Shown here piece by piece: positions 1 through 12,974 of a DNA stretch of 46,135 bases. The first letter of the stretch is position 1; each line of letters opens with the position of its first letter. Source of the DNA: Pseudomonadales bacterium. GTDB lineage: Bacteria > Pseudomonadota > Gammaproteobacteria > Pseudomonadales > DT-91. The position numbers and the translations under genes were made by a program. The notes under the pieces are model-generated. The model was not told the origin of the DNA, searched no databases, and saw only the letters and a program-made list of their open reading frames with translations. Where the stretch lies: NCBI GenBank assembly GCA_036568205.1, contig DATCSZ010000413.1, positions 1-46,135 on the forward strand, in the 5' to 3' direction.

Positions 1-342
1 CAGGCATTTGAGCGCTTGCCGCCAGACCTGCAGGCGATTATTGTGACGGCCGCACGCGCTGCCAACCAGGATATGCTCGACGAGTACACGGCAAAAAATA
101 TCGAGGCCTTGCGGGAGCTGGTTGATACCCACAAAGTGCAGTTGCGCCGCTTGCCGGATGATGTATTGCGCAGCCTGAAAAAAGCCTCCGATGAAGCGCT
201 GCAGGCGCTGGTGGCCGATGACCCGTTTGCACGCCGGGTATATGCATCCTACAGCCATTTTGCCGCCGGTGTTGCCCAGTATCACCGGATTTCCGAGCAG
301 GCCTATCTTGAGGCCCGCAGCATGGTGGATGAACAGCCGTAA
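1..342 (+). CDS. TRAP transporter substrate-binding protein (DctP family), C-terminal fragment running off the left edge
   Basis: The frame is open from base 1. The C-terminal sequence (NQDMLDEYTAKNIEAL...FARRVYASYSHF...ISEQAYLEAR) resembles the C-termini of DctP-type periplasmic binding proteins. Stop is TAA at 340-342. Confidence 0.55.
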   Translation, partial: QAFERLPPDLQAIIVTAARAANQDMLDEYTAKNIEALRELVDTHKVQLRRLPDDVLRSLKKASDEALQALVADDPFARRVYASYSHFAAGVAQYHRISEQAYLEARSMVDEQP

Positions 343-348
343 CCGGTT

Positions 349-741
349 TTACTGAATGGCGCGGGTGCGTCCCTTGTCATCCAGTGCGACAAACACAAAC
401 ACCCCTTCGGTCACCTTTACCGGCAGCGCCTGGGTCATCTGGCGCATCCAGACTTCTACCTGGATCTGGATTGAGCTGCGGCCGATATTCAGCACCTCGG
501 TATAGCAGCTGACAATGCTGCCAACCTTGACCGGAATCATGAAGCTCATGCTGTCGATGGCGACGGTAGCCACCCGGCCTTGTGCCACCTGCGCAGCAGC
601 AATGCCGCCGGCGATATCCATCTGCGATACCAGCCAGCCACCGAAAATATCACCGGATGCATTGGTATCCTTTGGCATTGGTGAGGTCTGCAACATCAGC
701 TCGCCGGTTGGTTGGGGTGCGTCATCCAGGTTTGAAATCAT
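349..741 (-). CDS. yciA: Acyl-CoA thioesterase, YciA-like hot-dog fold
   Basis: 130 aa. PMPKDTNASGDIFGGWLVSQMDIAGG closely matches the E. coli YciA N-terminal motif (AMPADTNANGDIFGGWLMSQMDIGG). Last gene of the minus-strand string. Confidence 0.75.
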   Translation of the reverse strand: MISNLDDAPQPTGELMLQTSPMPKDTNASGDIFGGWLVSQMDIAGGIAAAQVAQGRVATVAIDSMSFMIPVKVGSIVSCYTEVLNIGRSSIQIQVEVWMRQMTQALPVKVTEGVFVFVALDDKGRTRAIQ

Positions 742-751
742 AACGGCTCTC

Positions 752-4778
<4,027 letters not shown>

Positions 4779-4794
4779 GCAAGGTTCTCCAGGG

Positions 4795-6000
4795 TCAGGG
4801 GCTGTCCGGCAGCTGGCGGGCGATCAGTTGCACCAGTTGCCGGGCCAGTTCGGTTTTGCTGCACGCCGGCAGCGGCAGGGGGCTTGCGCCCCTGCTGATG
4901 ACCGTGACGGCATTATGATCACTGTTAAAGCCGATGCGGCTGTCAGATACATCATTGGCGATGATCATGTCGAGGTTTTTGCGCTGCAGCTTGTCGCCGG
5001 CATGCGCCAGCAGTTGCTCGGTTTCAGCGGCAAAGCCGACCACAAACGGCCGTTGCGGCAAGGCAGCCACGCTGGCCACAATATCGGGATTTTTCACCAG
5101 TGACAATTGCAGCTGGTCGGCGGATTTTTTGATCTTGCCGGCGGCGACCTCAGCCGGCCGGTAATCGGCCACCGCCGCACAGCCAATGAAGATATCCTGT
5201 TGTGCGGCCTGTTGCAGCACCGCATCAAGCATCTGGCAGGCGCTGGTGACGTTCACGCGTGTTACCCCGGCCGGTGTCGGCAGGCTGACCGGGCCGGCCA
5301 CCAGTGTGACATCGGCGCCCTCGGCGGCGGCAGCGGCGGCCAGCGCAAAGCCCATTTTGCCTGAGCTGTGGTTGCTGATATAGCGCACCGGGTCCAGGCT
5401 TTCACGGGTGGGGCCTGCGGTAATCAGCAGCCGTTTGCCGGCCAGCAGTTTGCCGCCCGTCAGGCCAGTCACGGCGTCGGCCAGTTCGGCCGCTTCCAGC
5501 ATGCGGCCGGGGCCGGTATCCCCGCAGGCCTGGCTGCCTTCGCCAGGGCCAAAAAAACGAATGCCTTTTTCCTGCAGTGCCTGGCAATTGCGCCGGGTCT
5601 GCACATTACGCCACATCGCCTGGTTCATTGCCGGTGCCACCGCAACCGGTGCCTCGGTGGCCAGGCACAGGGTGGTCAGCAGGTCATCGGCCATGCCGGC
5701 ATTCAGGCGGGCAAGGAAATCCGCACTGGCCGGCGCGATGATGACGGCCTCGGCCCATTTGGCCAGCTCAATATGGCCCATTGCGGCTTCAGCGGCCGGG
5801 TCCAGCAGATCGCTGTGTACCGGGTTGCCGGACAGGGCCTGCAGGCTCAGCGGTGTGATAAAGGCCTGGGCTGCGCGGGTCATCACCACCCGTACCTCAC
5901 AGTGGCGATCGCGCAGGCGGCGCACCAGTTCGGCAGCCTTGTAGGCGGCAATGCCGCCGGTAATACCAAGCACAATGCGGCGCGGTTCAGCTGTGTTCAT
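4795..6000 (-). CDS. coaBC: Bifunctional phosphopantothenoylcysteine decarboxylase / phosphopantothenate-cysteine ligase
   Basis: [13 protein letters not shown] flavoprotein N-domain. C-terminal CoaB block [25 protein letters not shown]. The ATG at 6000 (MNTAEPRR) is preferred over the TTG at 6027. Confidence 0.9.
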   Translation of the reverse strand: MNTAEPRRIVLGITGGIAAYKAAELVRRLRDRHCEVRVVMTRAAQAFITPLSLQALSGNPVHSDLLDPAAEAAMGHIELAKWAEAVIIAPASADFLARLNAGMADDLLTTLCLATEAPVAVAPAMNQAMWRNVQTRRNCQALQEKGIRFFGPGEGSQACGDTGPGRMLEAAELADAVTGLTGGKLLAGKRLLITAGPTRESLDPVRYISNHSSGKMGFALAAAAAAEGADVTLVAGPVSLPTPAGVTRVNVTSACQMLDAVLQQAAQQDIFIGCAAVADYRPAEVAAGKIKKSADQLQLSLVKNPDIVASVAALPQRPFVVGFAAETEQLLAHAGDKLQRKNLDMIIANDVSDSRIGFNSDHNAVTVISRGASPLPLPACSKTELARQLVQLIARQLPDSP

Positions 6001-6127
6001 CGGATGACTCTTGTCAAAACGGAGCAAAAGATAATAATATGCCGCTTGTTGATTGGAAAGTCCTTTTTTTAAGGTGCTTGCAGTATGTAAGCGCTTACAA
6101 AAAATACAGGCATCAGGGAGAGATGCG

Positions 6128-6802
6128 ATGGCAATTCATCATTGGCCAGCCACTGAACAACCCCGTGAAAAACTGCTGAAAGCCGGCGCACCGGCCTTGT
6201 CGGATGCCGAGCTGCTGGCGATCTTCCTGCGCACCGGTGTCAGCGGCTGTTCGGCAGTGGACCTGGCGCGCCAGCTGCTGATGCAATATGGCAGCCTGAC
6301 GGCGCTGCTGAATGCCGACCGGCAGACGTTTTGTGCGGCGCGCGGGCTGGGGCCGGTCAAGTATGTGCAGCTGCAGGCGGTGCTGGAAATGGCGCGGCGC
6401 TGTTTCTGGGAGGAGCTGGATACCCTGCCGGCACTCAGCTCGGCAGCGCAGGCCAGGGACTACCTGTACAGCAAGTTACACAATCAGCCGCGCGAGGTGT
6501 TTGCCTGCCTGTTCCTGAACAGCCAGAATTGCCTGATCGCCTATGAAGAGCTGTTTCATGGCACGCTTAACCAGGCGCCGGTATTTCCGCGTGAAATTGC
6601 CCGCAAGGTGTTGTCGCACAATGCCGCGGCCGTGATTCTGGCGCACAATCACCCGTCCGGGGTGGCCGAGCCCAGCATGGCGGACCGCAATATCACCCGG
6701 CTGATCCAGGAGGCCCTGCAGTTGCTGGATGTCAGGGTGCTGGATCATTTTGTCATTGGTGCCGGCAACGCCTATTCGTTTGCCGAAAACGGCTTGATGT
6801 GA
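6128..6802 (+). CDS. radC: RadC-family JAMM-motif protein
   Basis: [19 protein letters not shown] and HNHPSG motifs. ATG at 6128 is preceded by GGGAGAG. It is divergent from coaBC, as in many gammaproteobacteria. Confidence 0.85.
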   Translation: MAIHHWPATEQPREKLLKAGAPALSDAELLAIFLRTGVSGCSAVDLARQLLMQYGSLTALLNADRQTFCAARGLGPVKYVQLQAVLEMARRCFWEELDTLPALSSAAQARDYLYSKLHNQPREVFACLFLNSQNCLIAYEELFHGTLNQAPVFPREIARKVLSHNAAAVILAHNHPSGVAEPSMADRNITRLIQEALQLLDVRVLDHFVIGAGNAYSFAENGLM

Positions 6803-6822
6803 TGGCAAATTGCAGCCGGTTG

Positions 6823-6851
6823 TTGCCTTTTGCCGGATGCTCTGGTATAAA
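6823..6851 (+). promoter_or_regulatory. Candidate sigma70 promoter of rpmB-rpmG with an extended -10
   Basis: TTGCCT (6823-6828), 17-nt spacer, then TGgTATAAA (-10 at 6846-6851). Lies about 100 nt upstream of the rpmB ATG. Confidence 0.45.
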
Positions 6852-6950
6852 GTCGCGCTCTTTGATTGCGTCATCGTTTCCGGCACGGATTCATGGGGCG
6901 GAAAACAGCATTCGGGCCATACGCCCGCAAACAGACAGCAGAGAAAAACC

Positions 6951-7187
6951 ATGTCCAGAGTATGTCAGGTTACCGGTAAGCGCCCGATGGTGGGCAACAA
7001 TGTATCGCACGCAAAAAACCGCACCAAGCGCCGGTTTGAGCCCAACTTGCACCATCACCGTTTCTGGGTGGAAGGCGAGAAGCGTTTTGTGACCCTGCGG
7101 GTATCATCCAAGGGTATGCGTATTATCGACAAAAAAGGCATCGACAGCGTGCTGGCCGATCTGCGCGCCCGTGGCGAAAAAATCTGA
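6951..7187 (+). CDS. rpmB: 50S ribosomal protein L28
   Basis: [39 protein letters not shown] is a canonical L28 sequence (78 aa). The upstream part of the 125-aa track ORF is not coding. Confidence 0.95.
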   Translation: MSRVCQVTGKRPMVGNNVSHAKNRTKRRFEPNLHHHRFWVEGEKRFVTLRVSSKGMRIIDKKGIDSVLADLRARGEKI

Positions 7188-7218
7188 GACGGCCTGGCCG
7201 CACTAACGGAGAATTTTT

Positions 7219-7374
7219 ATGCGTGACAAAATCAGACTCGTATCATCAGCCGGTACAGGCCATTTCTATACCACTGACAAAAACAAGCGTAACACCCCGG
7301 ACAAGCTGGAATTCAAAAAGTACGACCCGGTGGTACGCAAGCACGTAATCTACAAGGAAGCCAAGATCAAGTAA
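7219..7374 (+). CDS. rpmG: 50S ribosomal protein L33
   Basis: Hand-translated, because it is too short for the ORF track: [60 protein letters not shown] at 7208-7213. Confidence 0.95.
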   Translation: MRDKIRLVSSAGTGHFYTTDKNKRNTPDKLEFKKYDPVVRKHVIYKEAKIK

Positions 7375-7392
7375 GTGATCACAGGCTGAAAA

Positions 7393-7417
7393 AACCGCGC
7401 CATGGCGCGGTTTTTTT
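7393..7417 (+). terminator. Rho-independent terminator of rpmBG
   Basis: Perfect palindrome CCGCGCCATGGCGCGG followed by TTTTTTT, with an A-run upstream. Confidence 0.85.
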
Positions 7418-7491
7418 ATGGCCGGCCATTGCCGGCTGTAGCTGCCCGGCGGGATTGGCTATACTGCGGCGTTTGTCGGCAGGATTTTTGT

Positions 7492-9246
7492 ATGCACCAG
7501 ATTGCGGCGCTGTCCATCACCCACCTCGGCTGGCCCCGGCTGCTGGGCCTGTGGCTGCTGTTGCTGGTGCCGGTCGTTTTTGCGCCGTTCATGAGCGACG
7601 ATTTTTTCCACCTGCTGATGCTGGGTGAAACACCGCCACTGCCGCATCCGCAGGACGGCAGCCTGTACGGATTGTTCTCGTTTATCAGTGACAATGCCGG
7701 CCAGCGCCGGCTGCTGATGGACCAGGGTGTGCTGCCGTGGTGGACAGGCGACAATTTTTATTTCCGTTTCTGGCGCCCGCTGGCGGAAATCAGCCACCGG
7801 GTGGATTTTACCCTGGCGCCCGGCCAGCCGCTGCTGGCCCACCTGCATAACCTGGCCTGGTTTGTTGCGCTGGCTTCGGTGCTCAGGCAGCTGTACCGGC
7901 AGCAGGCGGTGCAGGCACCGGTAGCGCTGCTGGCGATTATCATCTTTGTGCTGAACGGCAGCCATGCGCCGGCCATCGCCTGGATCGCCAACCGCAATGC
8001 GCTGCTGGCCGCCTGTTTTGCCTTCCTTGCCCTGTACCAGCATGGCCGTTTTCGCCAGCACGGCAATTGGCACGATTATCTGCTGGCCCTGCTGTGCCTG
8101 GTGCTTGCCCTGCTGGCCGGTGAATCGTCACTGGCGATTGGCGGTTTTCTGTTTGCCTATGCCGTGGTGATGGACCGGGCAGGCCCGCTGCGGGGTTTTG
8201 CCTGGCTGCTGCCGTATGCGGTGATTGTGCTGGGCTGGTTGCTGCTGTACCGGCAGCTGGGTTTTGGTGCCAATGGTTCCGGCATGCATTATGTCGATGC
8301 GTTGGCTATGCCCGGCGCCTTTGTCCAGGCAGTCGCCGAACGTTTGCCGGTATACCTGCTGGCCGGTTTTACCGTGTTGCCGGCCGAACTGTACCCGGCC
8401 GTGCAGCTGCTGGTACCTGATCTGGCCGGTGTGGTGTTGTTGCTGGTGTTGCTGACCCTGTTCTTGGCGAGCCTGCTCTGCTGGCCGCTGCTGAAGGCAG
8501 ACAGGGCCAGCCGGTTTTTCCTGCTCGGTGCCACGTTATCAATTGTGCCGTTCTGCTCGCTGGCCAACCAGGACCGCCTGCTGCTGATACCGAGTGCCGG
8601 CTTCAGTTATGTGATCGCCAGCATGATCTGGCAGGTCAGCCTGCGTGGCCTGCAGCCGTTTGTGGCCGGCTGGCGCAATGCTGCCCTGCGCAAACTGGTT
8701 GCGCTGCTGGTGCTGATGCACCTGCTGCTGGCACCGCTGTACCTGCTGGCGGCGGGCCTGTTTATCCATGCCGATGCCAGGCGCACGGTTGCCAGCCTGC
8801 AGGCGTTGCCGGCCTACAGCATGGCCGCGCGCCACCTGGTTATCCTGAAGGGGCCGATGCTGCACAGCGCGCTGCTGAAGCCGGTGCGCCAGCTGGCCAG
8901 CCTTGATGTGCCGGACCAGGTGTTGTTGCTGGCCACGCCGTCCGCGTCATTGCAGCTGGAGCGGGTTGACCTGCAGCATCTGCTGATCCGCCGTGACGGC
9001 GGTTTTGTGCAGCACTTTGAACAGTCCTTCCGCGATCTCGACAGCCGGCCATTTGCTGTCGGTGATGTGATTGAGACCACCGCCATGCGGCTTGAGGTGC
9101 TGGCGGTGAATGCCCGCGGGCAGCCGCTGGAGCTGGCCGCTGAACTGCACGATGCACCACAGTATTACCGTTTTCTGGTATACCAGCCGGGGCACGGCCT
9201 GGTGCCGGTCGACTTGCCCGCTGTTGGCGGGCAGGCGGCATACTGA
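7492..9246 (+). CDS. Polytopic inner-membrane protein A, GT-C-like (putative periplasmic-face glycosyltransferase); family not recognised
   Basis: About 585 aa from the ATG at 7492. The track start at 7402 lies inside the rpmG terminator. There are many hydrophobic helices. A DD pair (7597-7602) follows TM1 directly, and the C-terminal ~150 aa are non-hydrophobic. Paralogous to the next gene. Confidence 0.6.
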   Translation: MHQIAALSITHLGWPRLLGLWLLLLVPVVFAPFMSDDFFHLLMLGETPPLPHPQDGSLYGLFSFISDNAGQRRLLMDQGVLPWWTGDNFYFRFWRPLAEISHRVDFTLAPGQPLLAHLHNLAWFVALASVLRQLYRQQAVQAPVALLAIIIFVLNGSHAPAIAWIANRNALLAACFAFLALYQHGRFRQHGNWHDYLLALLCLVLALLAGESSLAIGGFLFAYAVVMDRAGPLRGFAWLLPYAVIVLGWLLLYRQLGFGANGSGMHYVDALAMPGAFVQAVAERLPVYLLAGFTVLPAELYPAVQLLVPDLAGVVLLLVLLTLFLASLLCWPLLKADRASRFFLLGATLSIVPFCSLANQDRLLLIPSAGFSYVIASMIWQVSLRGLQPFVAGWRNAALRKLVALLVLMHLLLAPLYLLAAGLFIHADARRTVASLQALPAYSMAARHLVILKGPMLHSALLKPVRQLASLDVPDQVLLLATPSASLQLERVDLQHLLIRRDGGFVQHFEQSFRDLDSRPFAVGDVIETTAMRLEVLAVNARGQPLELAAELHDAPQYYRFLVYQPGHGLVPVDLPAVGGQAAY

Positions 9247-9248
9247 GC

Positions 9249-10952
9249 ATGCCGGTTGCTTTGCAGGCCTGGCTCGCATGGCTGACGCCGCGCAACACGG
9301 TAGTGCTGTTTTTGCTGCTGGTGGCAGTCAACCTGCTGGCACCGTTTCATGCCGATGACTATTTCCAGCAGCTGCTGTTGCGTGGTGACAGCCTGCTGCA
9401 GCGTGGCGGCGATGGCAGCCTGGCTGGCCTGTTTTCGTTTGTTGATGACAATCCGCAGCATCGCGGGCAGATGCAGGCTTATGGTGTATTGCCATGGTTT
9501 ACCGCCGGGGATTTTTACTTCCGTTTCTGGCGGCCGCTGGCCGAGCTGAGCCACCTGCTGGATTACCGGCTGCTGCCGGGCAATGCCGCGTTTGCCCATG
9601 CGCACAGTATTGCCTGGTTCCTGTTACTGGCGGCCGTGGTGTACCGGCTGGCACGCCAGACCCTGGGTGAGGATAAAAAACTGCTGTGGCTGGCGCTGGC
9701 TATTTTTATGCTTGATGGCCAGCATGTTGCCACCATTCACTGGATTGCCAACCGCAATGCGCTGATCGCGGCGGTTTTTTCACTGGCGGCATTGTCCTGC
9801 CATATTCACTGGCGCACCAGCGGCCGCTGGCATTGCTTGCCGCTGGCGCTGTTATTGCTGGCGGCCAGTCTGCTGGCCAGCGAATCGGCGCTGGCGGTAG
9901 GCATCTACCTGTTTTGTTATGCCGTGCTGCTGGATCGGGCCGGGCCCCGGCGCGGTTTTGCCAGCCTGCTGCCATATGCACTGCTGGTGACGGGCTGGCT
10001 GCTGGTTTACCGGCAGCTGGATTTTGGTGTCGGTCCTGCCGCTGGCCTGTATATCAATCCGCTGCATGATCCCGGCGCGTATCTGCTGGCGGTATTGCAG
10101 CGCCTGCCGGTGTATTTTGCCGCAGCGTTGCTGCCGGTGCCGGCCGGCCTGTCCTGGGGGGGCGGCCAGTGGCTGTCATTGCTGGTTGTGACCATCAGTG
10201 CAGTTTTTATGCTGGCGGTACTGGCTGCCGGCCGGCGTGTGCTGGCCAGCGACCGGGTATTGCTGTTCTGGTTTGCCGGCGGCGTATTGTCGGTATTGCC
10301 GGTCTGCAGCACGCTGGCGCAGGATCGCCTGGCGCTGATGCAAAGTGTCGGCATGGATCTGGCCATTGCGCTGCTGGTGTACCGGCTCAGCTGGCAGCCA
10401 CAGCGTTACGCGGCGATGTCGCTGCCGTTCAAGTCATCGTTGCCGGCGCTGTTGCTGGTGATTCACCTGCTGTTGTCGCCGCTGCACCTGCTGGCCGGCT
10501 CCTGGTATATGACACTGGCAAGCCACGCGATCAAGGACCGGGCGCTCGGCCTGGCCGCCAATGGCGAACTGGCCGGCCGGCATCTGCTGGTATTGTCGAT
10601 GCCGATTGGCGAAGCGGTAGCGCTGCTGGGCATTCGCCGTTTTTATTATTACGACCTGCCGGCCAGTTTTTTGTGGCTGGCCAGTGACGAACAGCCATTG
10701 CAATGGCAGCAGTTGGCTGATGGCCGCCTGCAGGTACACAAGCCGCAGGGTTTTGCCAGCGGCCATGAGGCGGCTTTTGGCGAGCCTTGTGATGGCTGTT
10801 TTTATCCCGGCCGGCAGATCCGGTCCGGCGCCTTTGTGCTGCAAATCGAGGCGTTGCAGGAGAGGCGGCCGGCCAGCGTGTTGCTGACGGCACCGGGAAA
10901 CACGCTATGGCTTGAGCGTTATGGCCAGGAAACGCTGCAGCCGCTGAATTGA
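9249..10952 (+). CDS. Polytopic inner-membrane protein B, paralogue of the preceding gene (GT-C-like)
   Basis: 567 aa, starting 2 nt after the upstream stop. Blocks shared with protein A: HADDYFQ/MSDDFFH, FRFWRPLAE[LI]SH, IANRNAL[IL]AA, LLA[SG]ES[AS]LA[VI]G, LDRAGP.RGFA, RLPVY. Confidence 0.6.
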   Translation: MPVALQAWLAWLTPRNTVVLFLLLVAVNLLAPFHADDYFQQLLLRGDSLLQRGGDGSLAGLFSFVDDNPQHRGQMQAYGVLPWFTAGDFYFRFWRPLAELSHLLDYRLLPGNAAFAHAHSIAWFLLLAAVVYRLARQTLGEDKKLLWLALAIFMLDGQHVATIHWIANRNALIAAVFSLAALSCHIHWRTSGRWHCLPLALLLLAASLLASESALAVGIYLFCYAVLLDRAGPRRGFASLLPYALLVTGWLLVYRQLDFGVGPAAGLYINPLHDPGAYLLAVLQRLPVYFAAALLPVPAGLSWGGGQWLSLLVVTISAVFMLAVLAAGRRVLASDRVLLFWFAGGVLSVLPVCSTLAQDRLALMQSVGMDLAIALLVYRLSWQPQRYAAMSLPFKSSLPALLLVIHLLLSPLHLLAGSWYMTLASHAIKDRALGLAANGELAGRHLLVLSMPIGEAVALLGIRRFYYYDLPASFLWLASDEQPLQWQQLADGRLQVHKPQGFASGHEAAFGEPCDGCFYPGRQIRSGAFVLQIEALQERRPASVLLTAPGNTLWLERYGQETLQPLN

Positions 10953-11006
10953 TTTTGCCGGGCGGTTTGGTTTAAATGTGCGCCGCCCCCGGCCGGAGAA
11001 CCGCTT

Positions 11007-12974
11007 ATGTCGATCATCAAATACCGCGCAGATATAGATGGCCTGCGTGCACTGGCGATTGTGCCGGTAGTGCTCTACCACCTTGGCTTTGCGACGTTTT
11101 CCGGCGGTTTTGTTGGTGTTGATATCTTTTTTGTTATTTCCGGTTTTTTGATCTGTTCGATTATCTACCGGGAAATGCAGCTGGGCCGTTTCTCGATTAT
11201 TGACTTCTGGGAGCGCCGTGCACGGCGTATCCTGCCGGCGATGCTGGTGCTGATTGTCGCGACCCTGGTGGCGGGCTGGTTTTTGCTGGCACCACACGAT
11301 TTGTATGATCTGGGCCGCTCGGCCCGTTACCAGGCCCTGTTTGCCGCCAATATATTTTTCTGGCAGGAGGCCGGCTACTTTGACGGTGCGGCGGAAAGCA
11401 AGCCGCTGCTGCACATGTGGTCGCTGGCGGTCGAGGAGCAGTTTTACCTGTTTTTCCCGCTGATGCTGTTGCTGCTGTCACGCCTGCCGGCCGGCGGAAA
11501 AATGCTGGCATTGCTGCTGCTTGGCCTTGCGTCGCTGGCGCTGTCGCAGTGGAGTGTCAGCCGTTATCCCGATGCCACATTCTACCTGCTGCATACCCGC
11601 GCCTGGGAATTGCTGGCCGGCGGCTTGCTGGTGTTTCTGGCACCGCCACCGGCAACTGCCGGTGCCGCTCGGCAGTGGTCGGCAGTGGCCGGCCTGCTGA
11701 TGATCCTGTTCAGTGTGTTTGCCTATGACCACAATACCGTGTTCCCCGGCCTGTCAGCGGTATTGCCGGTGCTGGGTACGGTGCTGATTATTTATGCCGG
11801 GCCGGCAGCCCGGGTTAATCGCCTGCTGGCCCTGAAACCGCTGGTGTGGATTGGCCTGATTTCCTATTCCTGGTATCTGTGGCACTGGCCGATGATTGTC
11901 TATGCCCGTTACTGGCTGGCTGACGATTATGCCTTGCTGCACCAGTTGTTGTTGCTGTTTGCCGGGCTGCTGCTGGCCATTGTGTCCTGGCGCTGGGTAG
12001 AAACACCGTTTCGCAAACGCCAGTTGTGCGCCAGTCGTCGCCGTATTTTTACCCTGTCACTGGTGTGCCTGCTGCTGTTGGTGGCCGTCGGCCAGCAGAT
12101 CCGTCGCGCTGACGGTTATCCGCAGCGCCTGTCGGCCGAGGCGCGCCAGTACGAAGCCAGCCGCCATCGCAGCGAGCGACAGAAACGCTGTGATCTGGTG
12201 CTGGCTGAACAGGTCAATGACGACCGGCTGTGCCGTCTGGGCAATACCCCGGAAGGCCAGGCACCGCGCTTTCTGGCCTGGGGTGACAGCCATACCATGT
12301 CCTTGCTGCCCTTGTACGACCGCATCAGTGAACAGCACCAGCTGGCCGGCTGGTATGCCTCGCATATTGCCTGCCCGCCGGTGCTTGGCCTGCAATGGCA
12401 CAACAAGCCGCAATGCAACGCCTTTAATGAAGCCATGCTGGCACTGCTGCAGCGGCATGATATACAACATGTCATTCTGGCCGGTCGCTGGGCCGTCTAC
12501 CTGTATGGTGCTGAGGATGGTGACCGGCGCAGCGAGTTTGTCAGCCCTGATGGTGTTGACCGGCTGGCCCATTATGCGGCGCAGATCGGCGAGACGGTGG
12601 CGCGGATCCGCCAGCAGGGGGCGACCGTGTGGCTGGTCAGGCAGGTACCGTTACAGGCGCAGCATGCACCGCAGTACCTCAGCCTGCGGGCCATGCAGGG
12701 CAAGCCAACAGCCGGCATCGGCCGGCCTTATGCCGAGCATATGGCCCGCCAGCAGGCCATTAATACAGTGCTGGATGCGCTGGCGGCAGAAGACGATGGT
12801 GTGAGGCTGCTGGATCCGGCAGCGATTCTCTGTGCCGACCGGCAAACCTGTCGTATGGAGGCAGACGGTTATGCGCTGTATCGCGACCCTGATCACCTGT
12901 CACCGGCTGGTGCGTTTTATCTGCAGCCGATGCTGTTGCCGCTGCTGCAGGCGCTGGCTACGCCGCAGCCTTGA
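11007..12974 (+). CDS. Acyltransferase-3 family membrane O-acyltransferase with C-terminal SGNH-like domain (OafA/OatA architecture)
   Basis: 655 aa. N-terminal AT3 signature RADIDGLRALAIVPVVLYH...GGFVGVDIFFVISGFLI and HMWSLAVEEQFY. About 10 TM helices, then a ~290-aa soluble domain with the WGDSH block. Confidence 0.8.
   Translation: MSIIKYRADIDGLRALAIVPVVLYHLGFATFSGGFVGVDIFFVISGFLICSIIYREMQLGRFSIIDFWERRARRILPAMLVLIVATLVAGWFLLAPHDLYDLGRSARYQALFAANIFFWQEAGYFDGAAESKPLLHMWSLAVEEQFYLFFPLMLLLLSRLPAGGKMLALLLLGLASLALSQWSVSRYPDATFYLLHTRAWELLAGGLLVFLAPPPATAGAARQWSAVAGLLMILFSVFAYDHNTVFPGLSAVLPVLGTVLIIYAGPAARVNRLLALKPLVWIGLISYSWYLWHWPMIVYARYWLADDYALLHQLLLLFAGLLLAIVSWRWVETPFRKRQLCASRRRIFTLSLVCLLLLVAVGQQIRRADGYPQRLSAEARQYEASRHRSERQKRCDLVLAEQVNDDRLCRLGNTPEGQAPRFLAWGDSHTMSLLPLYDRISEQHQLAGWYASHIACPPVLGLQWHNKPQCNAFNEAMLALLQRHDIQHVILAGRWAVYLYGAEDGDRRSEFVSPDGVDRLAHYAAQIGETVARIRQQGATVWLVRQVPLQAQHAPQYLSLRAMQGKPTAGIGRPYAEHMARQQAINTVLDALAAEDDGVRLLDPAAILCADRQTCRMEADGYALYRDPDHLSPAGAFYLQPMLLPLLQALATPQP

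Noticed and set aside
6087-6098. Perfect 12-bp palindrome GTAAGCGCTTAC in the coaBC-radC divergent region, as a possible operator.
   Set aside because: It is a single short palindrome with no second copy in the window. It cannot be tied to any regulator, and it could arise by chance in a 100-nt AT-richer promoter region.
7402-7491. Upstream extension of the first GT-C-like ORF. N-terminal extensions were also given by the ORF track at 6053, 6810, 17242, 18140, 23278, 25360, 26587, 29170, 31878, 37170, 41754 and 43812.
   Set aside because: The 7402 start lies inside the rpmG terminator hairpin. In each of the other cases, a downstream ATG with an RBS gives the canonical N-terminus or signal peptide, and the extension overlaps an upstream gene or regulatory DNA.
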